DNA of 64,000 nt from a virus. Lineage: Duplodnaviria > Caudoviricetes. The stretch is from positions 17,664 through 81,663 of IMG/VR virus record IMGVR_UViG_3300027782_000065, one strand, 5' to 3'. The notes beneath the pieces are model-generated. The model was not told the DNA's origin, did not search any database, and worked only from the letters and a program-made list of their open reading frames with translations. The translations under genes were made by a program, and so were the position numbers. Shown in pieces: positions 9,701 to 17,173 of this stretch (position 1 is its first letter; each line of letters starts with the position of its first letter).

Positions 9701-11415
9701 CCTTGAAGACCCTGAATACCTTGTAATCCTTGAGTACCTTGCAGTCCTTGAGAACCTTGTAGTCCTTGTATTCCTTGAAGTCCTTGTATTCCTTGAAGTC
9801 CTTGTATTCCTTGAAGTCCTTGAGCACCTTGAAGACCTTGATTGCCTTGAAGACCTTGATTGCCTTGAAGACCTTGATTTCCTTGAGATCCAGAACCTTG
9901 AATACCTTGAAGTCCTTGAAGTCCTTGATTACCTTGATTACCTTGATTACCTTGAGCACCTTGAGTACCTTGAGCACCTTGAGTACCTTGAGCACCTTGA
10001 GAACCTTGAAGTCCTTGATTACCTTGAGTACCTTGAGTACCTTGAGCACCTTGAGCACCTTGAAGACCCTGAGTGCCTTGAAGACCCTGAGTACCTTGAA
10101 TTCCTTGAGTACCTTGAATTCCTTGAGTACCTTGAGCATTCTGAACACCTTGAGCACCCTGGGTGCCTTGAAGTCCTTGCCTCCCTTGAGTACCTTGAGC
10201 ATTCTGAACACCTTGAGCACCCTGGGTGCCTTGAAGTCCTTGTGTTCCCTGAGCACCTTGAGCATTCTGAACACCTTGAGCACCCTGGGTGCCTTGAAGT
10301 CCTTGTGTTCCCTGAGCACCTTGACAACCTTGAAGTCCTTGAGTTCCCTGCAATCCTTGATTACCTTGAAGTCCTTGAGTTCCCTGTAATCCTTGATTAC
10401 CTTGAAGTCCTTGAGTTCCCTGTAATCCTTGAGTTCCCTGCAATCCTTGAGAACCTTGAATGCCTTGAGAACCTTGAATGCCTTGAGCACCTTGAAGTCC
10501 TTGAGTTCCTTGAAGTCCTTGCAATCCTTGAGTACCTTGTAATCCTTGATTACCTTGATTACCTTGATTACCTTGAAGTCCTTGAAGACCTTGAGTGCCT
10601 TGAGTACCTTGGTTATTACTTAAAGCACCTTGAAGTCCTTGAAGTCCTTGAGTACCTTGAAGACCCTGAGTGCCTTGAAGACCCTGAGTACCTTGAATTC
10701 CTTGAGCACCTTGCAATCCTTGAGTACCTTGAGCATTCTGAACACCTTGAGCACCCTGGGTGCCTTGAAGTCCTTGAAGTCCTTGATTACCTTGATTACC
10801 TTGATTACCTTGATTACCTTGATTACCTTGAGCACCTTGCAATCCTTGAGTACCTTGAGCATTCTGAACACCTTGAGCACCCTGGGTGCCTTGAAGTCCT
10901 TGAGCACCTTGCAATCCTTGAGTACCTTGGTTATTGCTTAAAGCACCTTGAAGACCTTGTCTTCCTTGAAGTCCTTGCCTTCCTTGAAGACCTTGAAGAC
11001 CTTGAGTACCTTGAAAATCGCTTAGTGCTCCCTGAACACCCTGACCTGCAAATTGTCCAGCAATTCCCTGATTACTTCTTCCCTGAACACCCTGAGCTCC
11101 CTGATCTCCTCCGCCAGCGCCACCACCACCTCCAGAAGCATAGGCAAGAGCACTCCAAGCAGTTGATCCATCACCAAATTTAAACTTACGAGTATCAGAT
11201 TCAATACCCATTTCACCTGCAAGAAGTACAGGATCTTCATCAATCCATTCTGCTTCAGTTGCATATTTAAGTATAATATGTTGAGCAGTTAAAACACCAT
11301 TAACAACACTAAGTCCTTGAACACCACCAGTTCCAGTGACAGATAGACTATCAACCTCTAAAAAAGAAACATCTTCTGGAGGTCTGTCGGTGTAATAGAC
11401 TTTAATTCTAGTCAT
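6745..11415 (-). CDS. large collagen-like fibre protein: Mtd_N-like N-terminus, about 660-aa GXQ tract, putative beta-helix C-terminal region
   Basis: EWIDEDPVLLAGEMGIESDTRKFKFGDGSTAWSALAY (Mtd_N/hyaluronidase-N-like); IYVSQNGNDSYTG..PKRSIKSAA..GDTIKVFPGVYVE (start typical of pectin-lyase-like folds). Confidence 0.75.
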   Translation of the reverse strand: MTRIKVYYTDRPPEDVSFLEVDSLSVTGTGGVQGLSVVNGVLTAQHIILKYATEAEWIDEDPVLLAGEMGIESDTRKFKFGDGSTAWSALAYASGGGGGAGGGDQGAQGVQGRSNQGIAGQFAGQGVQGALSDFQGTQGLQGLQGRQGLQGRQGLQGALSNNQGTQGLQGAQGLQGTQGAQGVQNAQGTQGLQGAQGNQGNQGNQGNQGNQGLQGLQGTQGAQGVQNAQGTQGLQGAQGIQGTQGLQGTQGLQGTQGLQGLQGALSNNQGTQGTQGLQGLQGNQGNQGNQGLQGTQGLQGLQGTQGLQGAQGIQGSQGIQGSQGLQGTQGLQGTQGLQGNQGLQGTQGLQGNQGLQGTQGLQGCQGAQGTQGLQGTQGAQGVQNAQGAQGTQGLQGTQGAQGVQNAQGTQGRQGLQGTQGAQGVQNAQGTQGIQGTQGIQGTQGLQGTQGLQGAQGAQGTQGTQGNQGLQGSQGAQGTQGAQGTQGAQGNQGNQGNQGLQGLQGIQGSGSQGNQGLQGNQGLQGNQGLQGAQGLQGIQGLQGIQGLQGIQGLQGSQGLQGTQGLQGIQGLQGSQGLQGMQGSGSQGSQGLQGSQGSQGTQGSQGIQGSQGLQGTQGLQGSQGLQGTQGLQGSQNAQGTQGLQGSQGLQGMQGSASQGTQGLQGAQGLQGAQGLQGAQGLQGMQGSGSQGTQGLQGAQGAQGTQGLQGAQGLQGAQGLQGTQGAQGTQGLQGTQGLQGTQGRQGTQGLQGTQGRQGTQGLQGTQGSNISESFKVQNDQSNELRYIGLSTASSGSISTIFVSSEKLVFNPSTGSIGIGTTVITNTLTVVGTATATDYYGSGATLVGIVTQIVAGIGVTLDPVNGKGRVQVYSYSPIGKTIYVSQNGNDSYTGLAENYPKRSIKSAAGIASSGDTIKVFPGVYVENNPIILEKSVSVEGAELRNCIVTPQNSGLDLFHVNNSCHVTDLSFVGPDSTNGASVIAFRPLSGVSSNRFFDGARMIRMNLDFIASETVGYLTSTDYRNPAFSIGVSTSDIKSVLKAVCFDITRGGNSKSVGAGKTYYTDAGVLQYIVGIKTETMDALTYAAGIARSCINNVSFTKPGGGNYRNYTQIKDLSMQSDGAYGNQSLSGCANVVSAIYSCVGVVTTIIRDGLGALGGAGINTTYPTAYDGLTNNNWSATKIGGNTYSPGVGPITQGPYIRNCTNFIPKSIGLKVNGFEAEPGDQDDIGVTGSMSLDSYTQYNQGGIGASITNGAYAQLVSLFTICDDIAVYTAGGGQCDITNSNASFGNYGLYSNGIGDASSRSIYRYSGIVTQTASQGTDTLIISGIASNRPYDGQAVYFDKLYYSILRIDVTNGGSGYTSVPIVTIDAPTGPSGIRAEGSANISGGKVTSIDIISSGSQYLTNPNIQITGGEGSNAAASPVLDPIYYGIESATLPNAGISTIVLTQNLNNTVSAGSTAYFSRLSLQLATSISLEWVGSGTNINTAKPALGGVSIQDNEVYKVNGGQVIYTSTNQSGNFQIGDDVIINQLTGTISGRAFSQSLLNTVTPLIIALGN
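9120..11100. repeat. about 2-kb 9-nt-period GXQ coding array
   Basis: Continuous ccttg-based 9-mers. Confidence 0.9.
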
Positions 11416-11417
11416 TG

Positions 11418-12368
11418 TTATGTTGTGGTATTATATGGATAATAAAAACTATAAGGATTATTTAATGAATTACTAGAATTTACAAATTCTTCAGTATTTC
11501 TATTAGATATTGCTGCCATACCAGAAGATGCATATTCCCTATTATCTCCAGGATAATCATCATAAGTTCCTTCATATTCTGGAATATTTTTTCCAGTATC
11601 TGCTCTTTCACCATAAACAGTATAATAACAATTAATTGTAGAACCAGAATTATTTTTAATTAAAATTCTAGTTCCCCATTCAATTTTATCAACATATAAT
11701 TCTTGATGTGCTGCAATCGGAGTCAAATTTACAGTAATCGTTTCGGGATCAACTAAATTTTTCCAATATTCTGGAAGTTCAATTACGTTTGAACCCTTAA
11801 GTTTTCCTCTCACATATACATCTGCCGTTGGACCTTCAATACAAACGTGTCTCAATCTCCATCCACTTTTTGTTGGATGTGGAATATCAAATGGTTTTTT
11901 TGCAGTCCACTCTGCAGCTTTTGCAAACCAATCCAAACCACCAATATTAATACTCATACCTTCTATTGTTACTTTCAATCCTTCAACACTTACACCCGTT
12001 GCACCAGTAATGAAAGCTTTATCGGTAGTAACATTAAAACTTCCAGTATTAAAAGATGCAGTTGTCGTACTACAATCCATTAATGCGCCAGAAAGTTGAG
12101 TGTGACCTAATACAAACATAGAACCATTCTGATTATGAACTCCAGTAAATGTAGAGGCACCAGCAAGCACTTGTGAAAGTGGTGCTGTTGGAGATGGTCC
12201 TACAGCAAGTGAGGCAAGTTCAAGTCCAGTAACTTTTCCAACAGAAATATTATATAAATTACAATATCCACTTTTATAAAAAGTAGTGGGAAGATCCACA
12301 GAAGCCCCAAATAAGGAATTGACTCCTTCTATATTTCCAAATGCTACTGAATCAAAATAATGCGTCAT
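11418..12368 (-). CDS. baseplate/tail-associated protein with conserved cyanophage C-terminal domain
   Basis: KPFDIPHPTKSGWRLRHVCIEGP..VYVRGKL motif common at cyanomyovirus fibre/baseplate C-termini; sits downstream of the gp5 region. Confidence 0.55.
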   Translation of the reverse strand: MTHYFDSVAFGNIEGVNSLFGASVDLPTTFYKSGYCNLYNISVGKVTGLELASLAVGPSPTAPLSQVLAGASTFTGVHNQNGSMFVLGHTQLSGALMDCSTTTASFNTGSFNVTTDKAFITGATGVSVEGLKVTIEGMSINIGGLDWFAKAAEWTAKKPFDIPHPTKSGWRLRHVCIEGPTADVYVRGKLKGSNVIELPEYWKNLVDPETITVNLTPIAAHQELYVDKIEWGTRILIKNNSGSTINCYYTVYGERADTGKNIPEYEGTYDDYPGDNREYASSGMAAISNRNTEEFVNSSNSLNNPYSFYYPYNTTT

Positions 12369-12380
12369 AATACTATCCTC

Positions 12381-12980
12381 CTAAATTATTGAAACACTTC
12401 CACAAGATTTTGTTAAACCTTCAATCAAAGCTCCCCAGTTTCCGGCAACAAGATTTTTAATTGCAGAAACTGCGGTTACTGGACCAAATGCTTTTAAATC
12501 TCCAGACATATTAATAAAATTTCCACTTACAATATTTACACCTGCTGTTCCATTAATACAAATCCTAGTTCCGGCAAGGCGAACCTCTTCGGTGGAAGCC
12601 AAAACAATGTATCCATTAGAAGTTAGTAAAAAATTTCCTTCTGGTGATGTTCCATTTGTTTCCATTAAAATATTTTTCGCTATCAGTTTAATATTTCCTT
12701 TTTCGGCATTTATAACAATATCTCCAGAATGGGCAGTTATTGATCTTGCAATTGCTTCATTTTGTTTAGGATTTTTACCTAAACCAGAAACTTCTTTCCA
12801 AGCTCCTTCTATGTGTTCGGTTTTATTGCCGTTTTTATAATGAGCAATATGATTTCCTCCACCCCCAGTAATAATAGTCAGATCTCTTCCATCATCCTCT
12901 TTATCGGATCCTATTGGACCACAATGTATAAGAGCGTGTGGATTATTTGCAAGGGTAAAATCTGGTGCTGGGTTTGCCAT
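12381..12980 (-). CDS. gp5-C-like baseplate spike protein (beta-helix type)
   Basis: Short beta-strand repeats (GDIVINAEKGNIKLIAKNILM...); position after the gp5 N-terminal gene. Confidence 0.5.
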   Translation of the reverse strand: MANPAPDFTLANNPHALIHCGPIGSDKEDDGRDLTIITGGGGNHIAHYKNGNKTEHIEGAWKEVSGLGKNPKQNEAIARSITAHSGDIVINAEKGNIKLIAKNILMETNGTSPEGNFLLTSNGYIVLASTEEVRLAGTRICINGTAGVNIVSGNFINMSGDLKAFGPVTAVSAIKNLVAGNWGALIEGLTKSCGSVSII

Positions 12981-15352
12981 TATCTAGTAATACAATCTAT
13001 AACTTGGACTAATTTCTGTGGACCAATTGCTGATAATTCTAATTGTTTTTCAGTAATAAATTGTCCAATAGGAGTGAATTTAAGATTCAATCTAAACCTT
13101 GCTCCTACGCCAGTATCACTATTTATTACCATATCAGGAATGGTGACAAATCCATATCCAGGAGAAATAACTTTTACATTAACAATTTGACCTGTAGGTG
13201 TAAGTTCAAGTTCAAAATCTGCCCCATTATTTCCTCCAATTATTTCGACAGTATCTTCTGGCAAATATCCAGTCCCAGTATCATCAATTATGATGACATC
13301 ATCAATTTCGGAAATGGCATCATTTGGATTATATTCATTTACATTAGGAGTTTCGCCACCAGCACCAATATCAGCAGGAACACCATCCCCAGGATCAACA
13401 ATACCACCTTCACCATCAATACCACCAATATCCGGAGGTACTAGCAATGATCCAGTACTCACTTTCTTTACTATTTCAACAGAAATTGTATTAGTAACAA
13501 CTCTTTGACCGATAGGAGCATTTGAATTTTCTGCGGTTAAAGTATATGTTTGAAATAACTTACTCCCATCTGCAGGAAATTTTAAATCTGATGGTACAAC
13601 AAAAGATATTGCCCCATCAAAAGGAACCGTTTCAAATCCAGGAATATTAAGAGAGACTTTTGTTGTGTTTGATGTTTGCCAGTTGAGTGTTAGTACATCA
13701 CCCAATGATAAAACTTTTGGATCTGGCTCAAACAAATCAATTGTTGGAGGATTTGCATTTATATCCGCATTGAGATTCTGATCTTTAGTCACAACAGTAA
13801 TTTCCAAATCTCTAGTTACAATTTGATCCTCGGATTTATCATTTTTATTTTTTGCAGTAAGTGTATATGTTACTTTTGCTTCTGTTTCACCCGGAGCAAA
13901 GTAGACGTCCTCCTCATAAATTGGTAAAGATATTGATTGGACGGGTGAAAGATCACTATAACCAGGAACATTTAATGAAATTTTTGATGCATTTCTAACA
14001 TCCCAAGATAAAATTAATGCTGTTCCAACAGTGATTGGATTTGGAGATCCATCAAAGGAATTAATAATTGGGGGACCACCATTAAACTTGTCACTATAAC
14101 CATATCCCGAACCAATAATAATAATTTTTTCAACTTCACTTTTATTATCATTATTTGGATCAGGTGGTCCTAAAACGGAATATGCGGATGCATTTACTCC
14201 ACAACCCGCAGGATCCACAATTGAAACAAAAGGTGGCGAAGTGTATCCAGTACCTTTAAAGAATAGGTTGGCACCAATCACTTGCCCGATAGAATTGACA
14301 ACTGCACCCGCAACGGCACCAGAACCTCCACCGCCAAAAATTTGAATCTGAGGAATGCCACACTCAAAAGATCCAGAATAACATCCACCAGGAGATAAGT
14401 ATTCTTCATCTCTTGGTCCAAAGAAATCATTCATCCAACCTTCAACATTCTTATTATTAATTACATTTGAAATTTTTAAAAAACCAAAATCAAGTTTTGA
14501 ATCTTTTTCAGATTCTTCGGATCCTCCAGTTTTATATTCCTTTACTTCTGGACATTTTGGTCCTTTACATAAGAACCCCTCAAATCCAAGAACAAAATCT
14601 ATTGCTTGAAATACCGATGCAGTAATCTGACTAACACCCCCCAAAACTTGATTAATTTGAGCAAAAATTGGATCCAATGCTCTCTGAATATCATTTGCAA
14701 CTTTGTTTAAGAGAGCATTGACAAAATTCTCTGCGGCACATAAAGGGGCATTGATAATTTGCCCAACCAAAGAGTATAAAAATTCTGCAACCAATTTAGC
14801 AAGATTGGCAATAATCTGTTCAAACTTACAAAAAAGTTGATCTATAAGTGTCTTCAAAACACCACTCTTAATTTGTTTAAGTAGTGGTGGTAAGATCATA
14901 TTTAATATGTCTTCTATACCTGCTCGTATTTTTTTTAAAATCCATTCCCTAATTCTTTGAACAATACTACGCATAGCAGATGCTATTACTTCTATTGTGG
15001 AACGAATTTCTCCCTCCAAATCTTGAATGGCATTGATTGCTCCATTAATGTATTTGTCTGCAAATTTCTTAACTTTCTTTAAAAATTTAAACAATCTTTG
15101 AAGAGCTCTATTAATCTTAGAAAACTTATCCTTACCACAAGGATCTCCAGTACTATAAGACACCTCACAATAACCATTATTCTTTTCAAGTGCAGCAGTA
15201 AGTGCTATTTTTTGGCGTATTGCAATTACCTGTTCTTCAGTGACTGGGCCACCACCCAATTTAATTCTTGCCTTTTCATCAAGTTCTTTTTGAACTTCTT
15301 TTGTAAATTGAGTTAGATCAGAATTAATAGCATCTGAATTTTTTTTTGCCAT
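12980..15352 (-). CDS. baseplate hub-associated protein (gp5-region), with two Ig-like inserts
   Basis: Cys-containing helical N-half; GGGGSGAVA..G.GYTSPPFVSIVD repeat; two PP.I..F..P..(I/L).(V/L)G..L.L.W repeats. Confidence 0.55.
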   Translation of the reverse strand: MAKKNSDAINSDLTQFTKEVQKELDEKARIKLGGGPVTEEQVIAIRQKIALTAALEKNNGYCEVSYSTGDPCGKDKFSKINRALQRLFKFLKKVKKFADKYINGAINAIQDLEGEIRSTIEVIASAMRSIVQRIREWILKKIRAGIEDILNMILPPLLKQIKSGVLKTLIDQLFCKFEQIIANLAKLVAEFLYSLVGQIINAPLCAAENFVNALLNKVANDIQRALDPIFAQINQVLGGVSQITASVFQAIDFVLGFEGFLCKGPKCPEVKEYKTGGSEESEKDSKLDFGFLKISNVINNKNVEGWMNDFFGPRDEEYLSPGGCYSGSFECGIPQIQIFGGGGSGAVAGAVVNSIGQVIGANLFFKGTGYTSPPFVSIVDPAGCGVNASAYSVLGPPDPNNDNKSEVEKIIIIGSGYGYSDKFNGGPPIINSFDGSPNPITVGTALILSWDVRNASKISLNVPGYSDLSPVQSISLPIYEEDVYFAPGETEAKVTYTLTAKNKNDKSEDQIVTRDLEITVVTKDQNLNADINANPPTIDLFEPDPKVLSLGDVLTLNWQTSNTTKVSLNIPGFETVPFDGAISFVVPSDLKFPADGSKLFQTYTLTAENSNAPIGQRVVTNTISVEIVKKVSTGSLLVPPDIGGIDGEGGIVDPGDGVPADIGAGGETPNVNEYNPNDAISEIDDVIIIDDTGTGYLPEDTVEIIGGNNGADFELELTPTGQIVNVKVISPGYGFVTIPDMVINSDTGVGARFRLNLKFTPIGQFITEKQLELSAIGPQKLVQVIDCITR

Positions 15353-15357
15353 GTCTA

Positions 15358-15846
15358 CTATTTTCTAAAAAATTTGAAATCAACTGGAGCATTTGTCTGA
15401 TTTGAGCGATTTGATTTTACCAAAACTAGATATTGTGCCGGAGTTAAGGAACCAAACCAATTTAAAGTTGTTTTATATTCGCTACTTTCACCATTTTTTA
15501 CCTGACTTCCAGTAATATTATAAGAAGGATCAGTTCTTCCCAGAACACCAATAATCATAGGTTTTTCATAATCATCATCAAGAAAGATACCAACTACCCA
15601 TTCACCACCAACAATTCCAGTACTCATTTTATTTAGAGACCCATGAGAAGTGTGGCGAAGAACAATTGCCCAGGGCAAATCTTTATCTTTTAATATAGAT
15701 CCTTCTGCAGGTTGATATCCCATAATACGAACCTTAACTCTATCGGCCCATCCTTCAGGATTTGTTTTATTTTCAGTTTGATCTAATGGAACTTGTCCAA
15801 TAAACCAACGAGGTGGATTTTTACCAAAAAAACCTGGTTTAAACAT
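15358..15846 (-). CDS. gp5: gp5 N-terminal OB-fold (baseplate hub/spike)
   Basis: WFIGQV..RVKVRIMGY..DLPWA..G.WVVG.FLD..P.I.G motif of T4 gp5 OB domain. Confidence 0.8.
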   Translation of the reverse strand: MFKPGFFGKNPPRWFIGQVPLDQTENKTNPEGWADRVKVRIMGYQPAEGSILKDKDLPWAIVLRHTSHGSLNKMSTGIVGGEWVVGIFLDDDYEKPMIIGVLGRTDPSYNITGSQVKNGESSEYKTTLNWFGSLTPAQYLVLVKSNRSNQTNAPVDFKFFRK

Positions 15847-15853
15847 TTGCTAA

Positions 15854-17173
15854 TTATCCTCCACCTGTATATAGACCATAAGTATCACGAACTAATGTTA
15901 ATGATGTAAAGGATCTTTTTGTATCAAAAGAGTGGCAGAGATGCATAATTAAATACTTTCCACTCTTAGATTCTTCAATAGAACCCTCTGCCTTATTTCC
16001 GAAAGTTGTTTTTTCAAATTCACAAATTATATTATCCCCAGCTTTTAACTTCGGATTACAAGGAATCATCATAGTCAAAACTTGAGTCATCAATAGATTA
16101 TATCTCATTACTGCCTTTGCCTGATATTCTCTAGGATCGTTGTTGATTTTATTACTAATTCCAATTTCCATATTTCCAGGATCAAGTATAAAATGATGTG
16201 TTCTGGTGAAGGCATCTTTTGCATCAAATTCTCCAGGATACTCTGGTTCTGATCCCAAATTTATTAAACCTGCCTTAGATAATGAGAGATAAATTTCAGT
16301 ATATTCAAAATTATATGGATTAAAGAAAACATTTTTTGTTTTATATGAACCAGTCTGCAAAGCATTTAACATATTATGATCTTTTTGAGAACTATATGAA
16401 TAAATTCTAAAGTCATTATCATCATTATCATAACTAGTTGTCGCAACTCCATAATATTGATATGTTGCTACAGGAGAAGCACCAATTAAACTATCAATGG
16501 ATCTGAAATTAAATCCAACTCTATTCTCCCAAAATAAAAATCCAGCAGAACCTTGAACAGGAATTGATTTAGAGCATAAAGAATTAATTAGTGAAAATGG
16601 AGATCTACTAGATCCAGTAAATGCATATGAATTTTTAGTTTTTTCTACAGTAAGTTTATTTGAAGGAACATTTAATTCTTTAGTAAGAATTTGATTTACA
16701 GTCTCTCCAATATTATTGTAATACTTCTTATAAAGTGTTGCCGTTTCATTTTCAATTGCTGCTCTTGATGATAAGGACAGCATTGTTGCTTGGCGCAATG
16801 ATTCTTGAGTTGGTGTTGTTGCGGCAATTACATATAATGGATATGACCTAAAATCAAGTTTTCCCAATTTACTGTTTATAATAAATTCAAATTTTTCATT
16901 TCCCCGAATTGGAAGAGATGATGTAAGTGTTCCTGCTCTTTCAGAAACGTCCTCCGATTTATTAGCACTTACTGCATTACCCAAATCAGTATAAATTATG
17001 TTTGCGGTTACATTTGGATGGAAAAGACTTTCATAATATGAAAAATTATTAATGGTAATTTTCTTATCTAAATTTACAAAATTAACTCTTTCACCATTTT
17101 TATCAATGGTCATATGTTCATACTTTGATGCTTCCGATGCGTGTTTTGTGCTCATATTATGCTGATACGACAA
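15854..17173 (-). CDS. baseplate hub protein, gp27/GpD-like
   Basis: Position before gp5; FLFWENRVGFNFRSIDSL and C-terminal SGKYLIMHLCHSF..T.LTLVRD pattern of hub proteins. Confidence 0.6.
   Translation of the reverse strand: MSYQHNMSTKHASEASKYEHMTIDKNGERVNFVNLDKKITINNFSYYESLFHPNVTANIIYTDLGNAVSANKSEDVSERAGTLTSSLPIRGNEKFEFIINSKLGKLDFRSYPLYVIAATTPTQESLRQATMLSLSSRAAIENETATLYKKYYNNIGETVNQILTKELNVPSNKLTVEKTKNSYAFTGSSRSPFSLINSLCSKSIPVQGSAGFLFWENRVGFNFRSIDSLIGASPVATYQYYGVATTSYDNDDNDFRIYSYSSQKDHNMLNALQTGSYKTKNVFFNPYNFEYTEIYLSLSKAGLINLGSEPEYPGEFDAKDAFTRTHHFILDPGNMEIGISNKINNDPREYQAKAVMRYNLLMTQVLTMMIPCNPKLKAGDNIICEFEKTTFGNKAEGSIEESKSGKYLIMHLCHSFDTKRSFTSLTLVRDTYGLYTGGG

Noticed and set aside
3368-11264. 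Many long alternative-frame and antisense ORFs (VLEYLEHLE..., LKVLKVLK..., STLSTL..., SRCSRYS...)
   Set aside because: Shadows of the 9-nt GXQ codon repeat, which lacks stops in several frames; no independent start signals
11150-11300. Mtd_N-like motif suggesting a diversity-generating retroelement
   Set aside because: No reverse transcriptase and no TR/VR pair differing at adenines was seen; Mtd_N is a general fibre anchor (the rest of the genome is not visible)
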